In this document: positions 24,412-39,029 of the stretch, piece by piece
Layout: each line of letters begins with the position of its first letter
Position numbering within the stretch: the stretch's first letter is position 1
Source of the DNA: Takakia lepidozioides
Lineage: Eukaryota > Plantae > Bryophyta
DNA: 64,000 bases
Reading direction: 5' to 3'
Assembly (NCBI GenBank): GCA_030704615.1
Contig: CM060732.1
Coordinates: forward strand, 2,418,001 to 2,482,000
Made by a program: the position numbers and the translations under genes
The notes under the pieces: model-generated
The model's input: only the letters and a program-made list of their open reading frames with translations
What the model was told of the DNA's origin: nothing
Database searches by the model: none

Positions 24412-25620
24412 GAGAGAGAGAAAATGCCGGCAGAAGCCGGCGTAACTAAGAGCCACTTCACCTTGCGGCTACTGCCCCATTTCGGGGGCGGGCCCTATAA
24501 AAAGAGAGGTGTCATGTGGGACACCAGGTGACCGTAGAAAATAGAGGAGTCTGTGGTACCCCTGGGTACCCTGGGGGACCTAGGGTGCGTTCGAAGAGCC
24601 AGATTCCAGTTGACGTTTGTTGGTGATAATAGCTGTGAGGGAGCGGAGTGTCGTGGGGTGAATTGATTTGAAACATTTATGGGGATTTTGAAGTTATCAT
24701 GTATGTCGTTGAAACTGGTGTTATGATGCCGCCTCTAGTACCGGCGGTGATGACGGTTAATGGGCCAGTTTTCCAGCCACACCGTCGGTTGCAAGAATAA
24801 GTGGTGCATATTCTTGTCGTTTTTCTAAGATCGAGTCATTAGGGTATCGGTCATGGCAGAATGTAAATTCAATGAAGTGAATGGTGATTTGTGGGGATGG
24901 TGAGGTGGGGGGGCAGGGTGTTAATGGGTAGGCCTTGGACAAAGAGTATGTCCAGACAGAGCCTGGCGAGGCAAGAGCATGGTGATCGGTTATATATGCA
25001 TGGTAGCAGCTATGGTGGTACAGTGTGGTCTGGTGGCCGACCTTGGTCAGTGCCAGCGTTAATGAGTGAGAACCATCGAGTTTCAGCACGGTTTAGAAAG
25101 AGTTTATGGAGATGCCAGACTACGTGGTTATGACGTGTGATATGAAGGCCATGTATGGTCGGGTGCGTGCATTGGCTAAGGAGGTGTGGCCAAGTGTCAC
25201 AGACTTGGTGAGTGGTTGAGCATAATGGGCAGTACGGGGATGGGAATAGATGTGGCCAGAAGATGTGTTTGCGCTGGTGGCCCATGTATTGGGCATATAT
25301 GAACTTGAGTGTTTGTCGGATTTGTGCGTCAATTGTAGCTTTGGTTAGCCAGAAGTGATTTGAGAGTTTATGGTGCAGTACGTTAGATTGAGTCCATTTT
25401 TGGATGTGTACTTTTCGAGGGCGGATAGAACATATTGTATCTGTCATGTTATACTACGTGTAGCTCGGAATCCTTCTTGGGGGTCACTGAGAATTTGGTG
25501 TTGTTCGCCATAGCTTGAGAGCATTGTGGTGAGCGTGCTGGTGAATAGCTTGTATATGGTGTTGGCCAATGCTATGGGTCTGTAATTACTGAGATCCGTA
25601 GGGTCACCTTTTTTAAAGAG
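24412..25620 (-). mobile_element. Non-LTR retrotransposon with probable C-terminal restriction-like endonuclease; internally deleted, (TC)n tail
   Basis: RT start LLFKKGDPTDLSNYRPIALANTIYKLF...QEGFR joins directly to CPLC...DTWPHLLSQC...ITRHNHVV...IHFIEFTFCHD. The 3' UTR matches 59090-59222. Confidence 0.8.
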
Positions 25621-26200
25621 CAACGTCGGGAAAACGCCCATTTTGGGCATGGGGAAGGCGCTGTTTTTGCGAGGGTCGCGAGCCCCCGCCCCAACTCCCG
25701 CGACTGCCAGACGTCGCTTTTCGGGCCGTCCATGCCGGTGGCAGGGGCCTCCTGCGAGCGACGACCCGCCGTCGCTGCCCTCCAGCCGACGGCATTGATG
25801 GGGCGACGGCGCGGCGTCGCATCCATTTTTTTTTTCTAACCTGCCCGGGAGTCCCATCCTAAAACCCAAAAACACGTGGCGTAAGCCGGGTGGTACGCCA
25901 AGCGACTGTTGGGCGTGGCATAAAAAAAACACAGTAGGAGCTGGAGTCGGGCTCTGCGACGCCAGGGCGTGGGTTCCCGCAATGCTCTGGCGTCTCTTTC
26001 TTTATATTCAATCAAAAAATAAAGGCAGGGTGGTGGGATCCGCGACGTCTGGGCGTCGCGGCTTGCGACCCTCGGACCAAAAAAACCCGTCGCAGAGGGG
26101 GGTCGGGCATTGCTGCCTGCATTGGTATTTGCGACGCCCGGCTGTCGCTGCTTGCGACCCCCTCCAAAAAACTGCGTCGCCAATACCGAGGCCCTGCCAT
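25621..26200. mobile_element. GC/CpG-rich segment with many GCGACG/CGTCGC motifs; probable subterminal region of a DNA transposon inserted into the LINE
   Basis: Abrupt compositional switch exactly where LINE RT homology stops (CAACGTCGGGAAAACG...). The other terminus was not found. Confidence 0.45.
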
Positions 26201-28559
26201 TGTAATGCCAGCTTGGTGGGGGGGTTGGGGTTGATTTTGGGGGTGAATTGGGGGTGGTTTTTGTTTTTGCCTGGTTTTGTTTTGGGGAATGGGAGACCTT
26301 ACAGCTTCCATTTCTCTGATTTAACAGGTACACAATTGAGCAAACATGAATTGAGGGTGAGGACGGTGCGACACATGAATAAGATGGAAGATGGAAATAT
26401 ATTTATAAGAAATGAATATATTTATATGTACATCGACATCCACACAGGCGACTTCTGGGAGGTCCGTTTTTTGTTTTTAGGGTGGTTCGGTGTAGGTTCG
26501 GGGGAGGTTCGGATAAGTCCGCTCATGCATTTGCAATCCCCTACCTCCCCTTGCAAACCAAACTCTTTGGAGTTGCCAGGGGGATGATCACTTGCTATAG
26601 CTGGCTCGGGAAGGCCCCCAGGAGGTGATCCCCCCTCTTTCTCTGCATCTTCAACTGCATTTCCAAGACTAGCAATAGTGGGGGCATGAGGGATATTACC
26701 AACGTCTGCAGCAGCTTGCGTAGTAACTTCTGCACCTACTTGCGTACAGCTAGGTGAGGTCAACCCCCTCATTGCTTTCAGTACCAATGCCATCATGTCT
26801 TTCACCTCACGTCGGCTCTCCACTAACTCGGCTGACATCTCTGCCAACCGGACATCCACTCCACTTTTCCAAGCCCAAACTACCTCTAGCTGCTGTGATA
26901 GGGCACTCCCAGACCCTTACACACATTGTAAATTGATCGGTAATATTATGATAAACTACACTTATGTCTTTTTATGTTACAAGACATTCCAAAGAATGCA
27001 TGCATACAACAAGTAAGTATATTGTGGCTGCATCAAGGAATGCCATCAAATCATAAATATGATTGCAAATAAAGTAGCGACAGGGGAGGGAAAATAAGAT
27101 GTGTCAACCCTTGCACTTTGACTCTCTGAATAGCCTTTGGTGGTTGTCAATACAATAGTTAAGGCATGAATGGGCGGGCTTCCATCATTTTCTTTGCCTT
27201 GTGCATAACCACGACAAAGATACATTAGCACAAAAACTTTGACCAACCAAAATAGAATAGCATGAACCCAATAATAATTAGACATCTTACCAATTTAGCG
27301 GCTGCCCCTGCAATCCCAGTACGTCCAATGTAGCTCCCCACTTTCACTTGTGCACGAGATTGAGCCTTGTCTTCGGCCTCCTCCTGCCCCTCGGCTAATG
27401 ACCACCATCCCACTAGAGACTTCCATGCTTGTGGAGGACAATCAGCAGGTTTGTCCCCTTGCAATCCACTCTTTCTTCCAGCGAGACCTCTTACTCTTGA
27501 TGTAGTTCATTCTGTAAGTATGAACACCATTTTCCTTCAGAGGAAAATGAGCATATCAAAACTCAGCGTCCCCCTCTTTGACAATGAATTTTATCTTGTT
27601 GTCATCCTGGTGTTTGATTCCCCTTCCCCCAAAGTCTAAACATCGGATGACATGGCCCTTTAGCTTTGTTTGCCATTTAGATTTTCCCTTGACAATGTCC
27701 CCTTTCTCATTAGTGGTAATAATGTATACAGGCTGACCTTCTATGCTGGCTGTGTTGTTGTTGGTAGGGAAATGGCAGCCCAACAGTAGATGGGTTGTTC
27801 CCAAAGTTTTGAAATCCTGGCTGGGTTCCATACTGCGCCAAAGCACCCTGAAAAGGGGGCTGCTGTGAGGGTGGCAAAGGGGAGTAAGGTGGGAAGTAAC
27901 CACCCATGGGGAGGGGCTTGTTGCTGGAAAGTAAGAAGGGGGTTTTGAGAATTTTGAGGTTGTTGGTTGTAACTGCCTCCTGATGGCTGCTGGAAGGATG
28001 AAGACGAAGGGTACGTCTGCCTGACAGTCCCATATAACCAGGTTTGCCCCCATGAGACTTTGGGGCTCCAACTATAAGTACATGTCCTGTAGCTGTCATT
28101 ATAGTTTCACACAGTATGAATCTTGCTTAAGTGGGAACCACATGGACCAAATAGGCTGTGGAGGATGGACGTTGGACTGTCGTGCATTTGTGATATGCTG
28201 CCAGGGCACTAAGTTGATCAAATTAGGAGATGGAGGGGGTGTAGTGGACGTAATGTGATGTCTTGAAGTATAGGGATGAGGGTTGTGTGAGGTAGTGATT
28301 GCAAAGATGTATTGTATGTGAGGATTGAAAATGCAGGATTGGAAGATTAGAGTCACAGATTGCGAATTGAAATCCCGAGCTCGAGATATGCAAAAGCATG
28401 TGAAATATGGGCATTTCTTTGCCACAGACTTCAAGGAGTTTTGGGTTAGCCTTCAACCTCCACATTTAGGAGTCTTTGAAGTTCTGGATATGCCTAAGAA
28501 GCTGCATAGCATTATGATCCCCCCAAATAGACACATGGCTGTACCTTCTCCTACATTGC

Positions 28560-29180
28560 ATGCCCCCATATTACATGGTCTCCAGATAACACGACACAAC
28601 CAAGGAGTCTAGTACCTCTAAAAACTCCTCCTATCGCACCCTACATCTAGAATGCTCATGCCTCACAAACCCTTGCCATTGCCTAGCGCGGCTCTGCCCG
28701 GACATAATACTTGTCCAAGGACTTCCAATCTCCTCTACAACACCAACATGTCTGTGCTCCTCCTTCACCATCCATATGATTGAATTCACATTTTTCCATG
28801 ATCGCTATCCAAACCAATCAATTATTAATAAACACAAAAAATAAGAACCGTTGATTTTAGCCCTCCGACAACATGGATGGAATACTGCCTCACCGACTAT
28901 TGTTACTGCAAGGGTTAGAGGTGGCGATCATAGCCACAACATTAGTATCCTGAAACAAAACCTCAAATTACCATATACCGCCACCACCAAACTCCTCCAA
29001 GCCTTACATTTTACTGCTATCAGATCGCTTACAGCCCTCATCGTCAACAAACGTAAGATGAAATTGGGTAGCTGGTCACGTCGTAAGGGTAGTTGTGTTT
29101 TGATAGAGCCCACCCCCCAAGAGGAGCCAGTACCCGCAAGGGAGGAGGCTCTTAGTTAGACTAACTTCGGTTGGTTATAT
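28560..29180 (+). mobile_element. Diverged 3' fragment of a related REL-type LINE
   Basis: LHGLQITRHNQGV, IEFTFFHDRYP, LILALRQHGW, LHFTAIRSLTALIVNKRK and the structured 3' UTR at ~29105-29176. Confidence 0.75.
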
Positions 29181-32129
29181 GAGGTCATACTTACTCCGTG
29201 GGTAAAGGCCACGCAAGTCCATGAGACGCTGTATCCCCACTGATGGGATGTCCAGGACCCCATGGCTCAAACGTAGCGGGGCTGGGCTTCGCCATCAAGC
29301 TTGCGCAGTGGGACTCTAATAATCTAAAATGAGAGCCCAAACAAACAAGACATTACCAACAAACATTATAGGCGTTGTCGCCAAGTGGTGATAAGCTGAA
29401 CGAAGCGGCAAGGAAAGGAAAGGGATGGCAACTAATTAGGTCAACTTGCGGCGTTGAGAAGAGTAACCGTTTCCGCGGAGACACCACCGTCGAAGGCTGC
29501 CCTTGCACTTTTGAATTCGCCCTACGATTACCATTATTTTTTGCCAGGAAGCTCGATCTGTTCTGGCCATGGCAGATTCCGTCCTAGGGTGTTCCTCCAT
29601 ACAGGAACCAAGAGTCAGACATTAGAGGGTTTTGGGATCCGCATTTCTGACTCTGTTTTTGAGAAATTCTTCGCACTGTTGTGACTTCTTCTACCTTGTC
29701 TGAGGGGTCATTGATCTGTTCCACTGATAGCGGGTCAGGATGTAACCTCTGTCAGCTAGATGCATTTTAAAGTCAGGTATCAGAAACAGAATAAAATGTT
29801 CCTGAAATTGTAGGATTGTACGGAGTGTGTTTTCTTCTGTGTTCCATTGACGCGGGTCAAATTTTCTTCTTTGGATGTTGACCATGGGAACGGGAGCGAG
29901 ACCTTCAAACTCAACTGCGAGCAGTGTTAAATGAGAAACTCAAGTCATGGAGTCAAACCCTGTGGCATGCACCGGAGGTGAAAATTTTTGGTGCCCTTTT
30001 ACTTGCAATGATCAACACAGTTATGTTTGTATCTGCAACAACTCAATGTAGTCATGGAGCAGTGGTAATAATCAATCTACTCCCACGGATTAGAAATTGA
30101 AAATCATCAAGTCCGGATTGGTATTTTGAATTGGTCAGCTATGGTTAACATTAGGAATTGAAGTAAGCTTAATTGAATAGTGTGAATGGATTTGAATGGT
30201 TTAATGGCAACGAGGAGAATTTCCTTGTACAACAGGATAGTCTGTATGTTAGAACTAAAATCTTATGGGAATTATGTCTGATTTGTATGTAGCAGCAGTC
30301 GGCCTGTGGTTAGGTTTATAGGATATAGCCCACCTTTGAAATGGGCAGTACCTGCAAGGAGAAGAAGCTTTTACTTAGGCGGCTCTGGTTGGCTTTGTCA
30401 CTCTGGTGGCAATTTTCCTTTTCCTTGGTTAATTCTCGCACTGCTGTTGTTGATCTGGGGCAACTGGCAAACCATTTTGACCACATAGAAAGAAAGAAGG
30501 GTACATTGTGACTTAAAGAGGCAATGGTCTAGGGTGTTATAAGGGATAGATAGTTTCAAGAGGGAGCTCAGGGAAGGTGGGCTTCCTCTGCAGAACAGTG
30601 TTAGGGTATGCTCAGTGGTTTTGTATACTCAACTTGAACAGTTTATGTGGTTGGTTTTACCATCATCTGTTAGGTCTGGTCGCAATTGATCTTACAGAAG
30701 TGCACTTGTGTTATGGGTGACTCTAGCAGAACCGAGACCAGGGCTTTGTCAAGTTCTAGAGATGCAGGACATGACAGTGGATGCTGCACCCCCCTCAGAT
30801 CATGTCCTGGGGTCTCACGTGGTGGATCCTGCTGTGGCATCTCATCAACTGCAGGTCTTAAAGAAAATTTCGGGTTTTGATTGTGAGCGAGTTAGTCTCT
30901 CAAGTTCTCTTTCCATTCTCTCTATACAGTTTTTCCTTTTTTTCTTTGTCCTTATTCGGTTTTCTGTGTGTGTGTAAATCTGTATTGGTTCAACTACTTA
31001 GTATCAGAGGGGGAGTTTACTTCGATGAATCTTTGTAAGGGCTAAAATATGCATTGTACAATGCAGGAGTCGCTACGTATGCCATTAGGACTGGGAATGT
31101 GCTTGCCACCCCTCCCAATTATTAATGAGGTCTCAGTGCACTTTCTGAGTCGGCATCTAATCTTGGGCGTCGGCTTGCAAATCTAGTCGGTGAGTGTTGA
31201 ACCTTCACCACCCAAAAATGTCTTCTCAGGAGAGTATACCTCAAATCAGATGTTTGAAAGGTTTCAGTCCTGGCCTATGATTCAGACCTGTGCCGACTTC
31301 CTACCTCTCTGGGAAGTTCTCCACAACCCTCAGGAGGACTTAGGGCATCTTATAAATTGAGACAGGGCGATGGAATAGCACACCCCCTGAATCTAGAGTC
31401 TGTCCTGGCTGTCCTACCCACAACGTACAGACAGAATCACTTTGTTCTTTCATTCTCTCTGTGCATGTGTGTGTGTTGTACCCCTCCTCACCTAAGGATT
31501 GTTTTAGGCGTTGTCACCATGGTAATTTTATTCTAGCAGGGTGGATTCCCACCACCGGCTTTGGGGGCATTAGCATCATTTGCGCTCTAACTAACATCCA
31601 TGAGGAACAGTCAAAAGTACAGCCCTTTTCAAGATAGATTAAAGCTTTTAAGTCTCTCAATGAAATGTCGCAGAGGGGTGATGCTCAAAATTAACAAGCT
31701 AACTATGAATCAGATTTGGATTCTAATGCAATGGAGACGTTATTCTTTCAAGTTAAATGACCTCTAGCAAGTTCAAAGACATGTTGCACACCATTTACCA
31801 CAAGGTGAGTTTGAGCACTGGAGTTAGCCTGTGGTGATGGGGTTGGTCCCCTTGTCAATGTAGGCCTGATTCCGTGTTTGTACGTTAAGTTGTTAGCTCT
31901 TCCTGTGGACATCAGAGCCATTGGGGTTTTTGGTGACTTCTGTGGGCAAGTTTCACTTACTCTGGGTTCCGTAGAGCCCCTGGGCATCCTGTGGACGCAA
32001 TGAATTCCAAGTGATTGAATTACTCTTTTGCTTGTTCTTGTTTTTCTACTGTCCCATAGGTCCTCTGGACCCCCCTCAAATGGCTAACAGCCCGGGCCCT
32101 CGCAACATCTATCTGTATGCTCGGGTTTC

Positions 32130-33130
32130 CCCAATTTTTTTGAACGCAACAGACTCCGTTGCTTCCTTACTGCCACAAATTACGGGGGGCATCCAAACAG
32201 TACTGCAATAGCTGCAATTCTATCGGGAGACATTCTTGGTCCTCTCTGATGATAAAATCTTGCTGCCCAGTTACCTGTCTGCTGCTCTATCTCCCTCTCT
32301 TCTAAGGGCATTGGGGGGGTTTAGGGTGGGCTCCCACTGTCTGCTGATAGAATGTACTCATGAGGCGTTGTTTGCTGTAGCCGTGTGGCCATAGACCTCG
32401 CGCCCAGTTTGGGCGGAATAAAAGGGGACAGACACTAGCTTTGTGAGGGCTCACTCCGTAGTGGGACTAACCTTGGTATTAACAATTAATGCGGGCTGTC
32501 CAGATATCCTCTAGAAAGCCCTGGTGGACAGAAGTGCAGGAACAATGTTCTTGATGTTCCTGAAGAGGGTCACTCTCTGGTGAGAATACCGCAGACAATG
32601 TTTCAGAACATGCAGGCTGCCCGCATATCTGGCAATTACAATCTCCTTTTCCTCTCTGTATCGGTTTATTGTTCAAAGGTAGGCTTTCCGCCCAGAGTTT
32701 AAATTTCAGTCTAGTGCCGAGGGTAGGTAAGCCTTTGAGATCATCCTTACGGCCCTCACCCATGTCACAGACGGTCTGTGGATGGAGACTGGTAGGGGGG
32801 GTAACCTGCAACGTGAGGACCGCCTATGCCCTACTTGCGCTGGGAACAGGAGGGAAATTGAAAGTCACGAACCTTTCTTCTTCATTGTCCTTTCTACTAT
32901 ACGATCCGTGGGAGATTCTATTGTCTGTTCCGTGATACCCAACTCACACGGAGGTTTTCCATTATAAGGATCAGACGTAGCAGCTTACCTGCATGAGGCG
33001 GCGACTCGTAGACAATCCCTTTAGCAATAGTTGTTTTTGGGCTGCTTGTGGAGGGCCCCTCTCTCTTTCTTGTTTCTTGCTTTCTCTTGTCCCATAAGCT
33101 CTTTGAGCTTCCCGTGCACATTATTAAGTA
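32130..33130 (-). mobile_element. 3' fragment of a second LINE family (related pieces at 42170-44230 and 44580-45270)
   Basis: RLKFKLWAESLPLNNK...CNCQIC; shared blocks TCCAGATATCCTCTAGAAA and GTTGTTTTTGGGCTGCTTGTG. Confidence 0.65.
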
Positions 33131-33473
33131 CCTTTTCATTTCATTTTCTCTCTTTTTCTTTCTTCCTGCTCAGATATACATATTCTGAAACTTTGAAGAT
33201 TTCTGGTTTTTTATTGAAAGAAAGTAGTCCCAATTTCTGTTACAGAGGTTGGATTTTTGTCATTTAATCTTTGTTTGTTTTTTATTCTGATAGAAGGTTC
33301 GTTGTTGGTATCCTCTTTGTTGCAGAAGAAACCATCGCTCGTGATGTATGAACGAGCTTGATAGATCCAATTGCAGGGCCGCCAATTGACAGGGTATTGA
33401 GGAGCGATAGTACAGAGCATAGAGCAACCATGGATGGTCCCTAAGTGCAGCTCCCTCCAGTACTGTCACTGCC

Positions 33474-36400
33474 TTGACAATCTCCCTTCCGGCCAGGGAT
33501 GCTAGTGGCAGTGCAATTGAAAGTACTGGTCTCTTGAGTAACTTGGCAGTTGAGCGGGCGACGTCCATATTCTCATCAACAGGTGCCGCGGTGAGGGGAA
33601 TGGGTCAACAATTTATGACAACCCCTCCGGCTGTATGGCATGGGTCAGTTTTCTGTTACTGTCGACAACTTTGAGGAAGTCAACCTAGAGCACCACAGCC
33701 TTACTAAGGCTGGACTGTGTTGCGAGGCTAAAATTCAGTGATAATAATGAAGGTGATTGGGAACAAGGCCTGCAGTTAAAGCCTATCAACTCTGGTCATA
33801 GTTCTGGACTGTTACGACTAGGGTATTTTAATCCTCTGTCTCCTTCTCTCCGACCACACTTGAAGGCCTTGTGTTGGGTTTAGTCTCTGGACTTCACTCT
33901 AGTAAAACCATATTGTGCTTATCTATCAGTACTTGAGCAGTAAGTTCGATTCTTTCGGGATAAAAGCTTCACCACTTGTCACACCTACAGGCTGTTACAA
34001 TCAGCAGACTATCTGGTACACTTCTCTCTCCTTCAACTTGTGGCCCTTAGACCCTGTGGCGCTCCTGCAAATGGAGTAAATTTTTGTATCTCTTTCTTTT
34101 TCTCTCCAGCCGATTAAGCTGGAATGAACTGCTGGTAGATAAGCTGGCTCGTGACGTCAATTCAAAATCTTTCTGGGAACCAGTGATCTAACCTGCTTTT
34201 CATTTCTTTAGCTTGGTTACAAGAGTACAAACCACATTGCGAGGGTCTGCGGACGACATAGGCTGGCTTCAGAGGATGGCGCCACCTGTTGAGGATGGCA
34301 CCGACCTGTTTCTTCAAACGCTTGACACAATCAGGTCTGTAAACTATCCGGCCCCTTTCCCTCTCTTGTTGGAGAGAGGGAATCGAACTTGCACTGGAAA
34401 AGAATCATGTTGTGTCTCAGAGTCTCCCTCTTTTCTCTCTCTTAAAGGTGAGTGAGTAGGAGCATTGCCTCTAAAATATGTATGCCATGGGAACAGCACT
34501 CTCAACGGTATGTCACAGCCAATGTTTACAGGGGACACTGTATGACTATATTTATGTCATTCTCTCTGCTTCCTTCCACGGGCTCTTTTTTCTCCTCTGC
34601 TCTGTTGAACAAGATATGGCAATAGAAAGTCTGTACATCATTGTTCTCATCAACTTCCTTTCTTATTGTTGTGTGTTTTGGGCACATGAAGTGGCTGGTA
34701 ACCTTCGTAAGCATTTGAAACTGAAAGAGGGTACTCAATCATGTTTCACTTACTCCTGTGCTTACTGTCTGTCTGTGGTGCATGTGTGCAAAACATAGTT
34801 AGCTTTTGGTTGTTATGGGCTGACCATATAGATAGAGTTGAATCTAGATGGGTCTCTGGGGTTTAATATCAAGGGTATATGACAGTTGGAAGGTTATGCA
34901 TGTTTTGGCCTGCTCTTAAACTTCAAATATGTATGACAGCCATGGTGTGCATGTTCTTCCCAACACTCTGACCTACCTCCTCATCCCAGGTAAGCAGATC
35001 TCTCCAACATTGTTTCTCTGGAAATTATATGTTTCCCATCTGAGAGATGCCCATTGAGAGATGAAAGTTTCTTAGTTACGAGTTATTGGGGCCTCAACAG
35101 TTACTGGCCAGATAGAAGGATGTATTCATGGGTAATTTACCTTTGAACTTTGACTCTGAAGTACTGGTACGGGCACGGAAGCGGAAAGATTTATTTTAAA
35201 CTGATAAAAGTGTCTAGTCATGTTTGCAAGGTCATGTGCTTGATCATTTCCAGGGTATATGGAGATGTTAAGGGACTTAATATCAATATCATTGGCTCCT
35301 TTCTGGCAGGTCTATTCAGCAATCACGGCCCACTATATTTTGTTGACACCAAAAGGCATTTCTCAAAACTGGGACTATCTTGTCACATTGCCAAAATCCA
35401 CAGTGAGGCAAGAAGTACTCTTGCTCTCTGCCTTTTTTCCCCTGTCTCCTGACATATCTATGTACCCAGCTAGGCTGAACCTCCATCTGGCAGATGGGTA
35501 TTGTTGGGTGTCTCAGCCCCCTCTCAGAGAAGCTCAATTTCTTTTTTCTTTGGTGTGAGAAGGTGTTTCCTACGGATGGATGGTGTCTAGCAATAAAGTC
35601 TGCCTTAGGAGTCAATTCTGTCCCTACTTCTCTAATTTTCCTCCTTTATCTCCTTTATGTCAAGGTGAGAGGAAGTTACTTTCTGTTGAATTCATGAAAA
35701 GTTGCTACAGAGAGATGTTTTCGTACTGGGGGTGGTGGAAGAATGATATTGATGTATTGTAGTAAATGGTGTTATTTTTAGCCGTTATTGCTGTGGAGTT
35801 GTGCCCAGTTTGTACATGGCAGGAAGTGGTAGCGACAGGAGATAAGGGTCATGAAGGCAAGGGTATCACTGACATTGCTGAAGGCACTCTGTCAAAAGCA
35901 GCACTTCTCTCTGTCAATGAGATTAGGAGGGAGAAAAGGGGGTTTGGATAAGTCTGGGGATGGCCACACGCTGACACTAGTAGATGTGTTGACGCAGTCC
36001 GCTGTTGAGAAAAATGCAAAGGAGCTGAAGGAGCATATAGAAGAGCTATACTGGGGCACAGGGAAGAATGTAGTTTTGCTAGGACACTCTAAGGGAGGGG
36101 TAGATGCGGCAGCAGCATGTTCCATGTTCTGGCAGGACTTGAAGGACAAAGTGGTTGGGTTAGTGTTGGTGCAAAGCCCCTATGGAGGGAGCCCAATTGC
36201 CTCCGACATTTTGAGAGAGGGTCAAATTGCCGACGTTGAGACACGGCGCATTATGGAGCTTCTGATTTGCAGGATCATTAAGGTGAATTGGTAGCTGACA
36301 TTCTAAGTTTGTGGATTCCTGGCTTTGCATTTTCATGAGCTTCTTGTGTGGTTGAGAGCATGCACATCTTTCTCCATCTCTCTTATACAAGTTTTCTTAT

Positions 36401-37322
36401 GGTCCTTTGAGTGTGACTGCCAAGCTGTGGTAGTATTGCTGGTATTAACATCATCTTCCCAGTAGCGTTTATGCCAGTTTTCGTAACATACCTTCCATGT
36501 AATCAGACTCTCCTTGGTTGTACGGGAGCGCAATTGAACTGTTGTGCTTACAGTCATATAGGGGATTGGCAATGTGCACACACCTGTCTTTTTCCTATCA
36601 GATGTTTGCATTTCTTTCAATGATGGGGACACCAGACCAATCAAACCAACTTTTTGTCTACTCTATTGCTAGGCGCAATGCATGTAGGTTCCCAATATAA
36701 AATAGCCTATCCCCTTAGAAAATAGAAACAAAGAATTGATGTCCACAGGGGGTCCTAAATAGATGAAGAGAGAGGATATAAACTCATCTCATGTTTCTCG
36801 AGTTTCAAAGTAATTGAACTCTTGTTACAGGGTGACATGCAGTCTCTGGAGGGCTTGACATATGACAGACGGCAGCAGTTCTTGGCCAAGTATACCTTAC
36901 CTCCCGATCTTCCAACTATCTCATTTCATACAGAGGCCAGCCGAGCTCCTGGGTGGGTTTCTACAATGTCACATGTAGCACTAGCTGAGCTTCCATGGTT
37001 ATCAGGAAGCAGCACGACTGCAGGCCCTTCTGAGGAAAATGGTGCCGGCGCGCGGGTTCCAGTGGCTATTCCCTTGGCTGCAGCAACAGCAGTCTGTGCT
37101 CTACATCTGGAACTCAGATATGGAGAGAAGAGTGATGGCCTTGTGACCCGTAAAGATGCTGAGGTTCCAGGTTCCATTGTTGTGAGACCTGAAAAGAAGT
37201 TGGACCATGCGTGGATGGTTTACTCGCCTTCTCGTAAGAACCCTTTGGAACCTGATGCACCCCAGATGTGTGAAGCTCTTATTACTCTACTTTTAACCAT
37301 GAAAAGTGGAGAAGGGATCTGA
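33474..37322 (+). CDS. Alpha/beta-hydrolase superfamily protein (GHSKGG lipase-like). Exons: ?-33643, 34213-34334, 34940-34989, 35310-35407, 35998-36282, 36831-37322; 5' exons unresolved (candidates near 30713-30856 and 31067-31189)
   Basis: RGSADDIGWLQ, YLLIPGLFSNHGPLYFV, VVLLGHSKGGVDAAAA, QSPYGGSPIASD, YGEKSDGLV, KLDHAWMVY; exon phases are consistent. Confidence 0.88.
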
Positions 37323-39029
37323 TAAGCACATGATGGGCCTGGCGGGAAACTTATCCCGTGTGATGCCAGAAGCTGGAGTTAGTCTCCATGAGGCACAGGC
37401 AAAGGTGGCATCTTCAAAGTCAACTGAAACAGTGTTTATTGTAGGTAACACAATGGATTGAGGATGGAAAGGTCAAATTGTTAGATACATTCATTAGCTA
37501 GATGCTATGAATTACAGCCGCACAAATAAGACTACCATATCAGATTCAAGAGAGCATAATACCTTCTTGACAGGAAATCTGGATTTAGTATATAGCATAC
37601 TTTAATCTAGTTGATAAAGTAGGGCTGAACCTCAATATTGATTTATTCTCAGGATGCAGGTTATCACAGATTGTTTCCAATTAGGTCCATCCTTCAGTGA
37701 TGACATAATTTACACTTCCCAATGTTAGACAACACACAAAACACAAATTCCAGAAAATTTGTTGCCTTCCTGTTGTGCACTTTAGTTTAAACAGTTTTAG
37801 GCTGTCCACAAATGCTGAGACCCCATAGTTGACAATCTCCAGAGTGAAATCTGACACAACTGCAGTCTTGCTGATACAAGTGGCCTCTTTCACTCTTTAA
37901 CAAGGCTGTCAGCCTGGCACAAAATGGAAATGAATGTGACCTTTCAAGACAGAACCCCTCGGGTGGCAATCTGCTAAGACATCGCCCAGTCAGCCTGCCA
38001 CTTTCAGATTTAACATATCATTCCACCACCGTGTTCTACATGAACGGTCAAACACACACATGCATGCTTGAAGCAAAAAGCTCAGACATCTATACGACTA
38101 CGGTATCTACGAAATGCAGCAGTGGAAGACTAGTACGCTTCTAATTGCATGCAAGGGCCTGTGACACAACTGTAGGCAACGACCTACCTATTTCTAACCT
38201 CACAGTTTGATCTGCACATGCAAATATCTTGATGACTTTGACGTGTAGTTAGTATGGGCTTGCACCTTCTTCGCATGAAGTTGCATCCATATACTTCACA
38301 TTTTTTGGCACCGCCCACAACAGATAAAGGCAGGTCAATCCTTCCTCAAAGTTTTGGACACAAACACTGGAAGCCTTTCAGAGTCTCCATCATTTGTCTG
38401 TGTCTAAACCTAAAGTGCAAAAGGTTGAGTGCTAACAACGTAGGAAAGGTATCTAAAGTCTAAACCCACCCTACATCTTTTGAAGACACGCCTGGCTAGG
38501 ACTCTGGTTATTGCAATTCCGTGCTGAACAAGCAAACCTCTTTGTTTGTAGAGTTTACCCTGACCAAACATGGTAGGGTGTGTAATAATCGACCCATAAT
38601 GTTTGCCACTGTTTCTCTTTACCAGCACTATATACACACCTCCCCTACAACTCGCAATACAGAGAGAGCTCTCAGCATTGCAGTGAGCCTTTAGCTCCAT
38701 ACTCTCAAATAGAGGGTCATTAGGCTTGCCAATGGAAGTTGGGGACTACTGACCTCCCTTGGGGACATGACTGACTGGTGCAATGATTACAGGAGCCTAA
38801 CCTTCTAAAGTGTGGCTGCAGGGGCATGTTGACATATGGTGTCAACCGTATCCACAAGTGACAACCCATTGATCTTCCCCTGCTTATGAGATGCAGAACA
38901 CCCACCCTCACTCACCCACTCTGAGTCAATCAACCACATTAAATTCCACTCCTATGTACAACAACCTACCGAATCAACCACACCCTGGTACAGAGAGCGT
39001 TACAAACCGGTGGCAGTGCCAGCAAGAGG

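Noticed and set aside
29225-29285. Hammerhead ribozyme (CTGATG...AAACGTA)
   Set aside because: The core deviates (CTGATGG, CAAA rather than CTGATGA, GAAA) and stems I and II do not pair convincingly.
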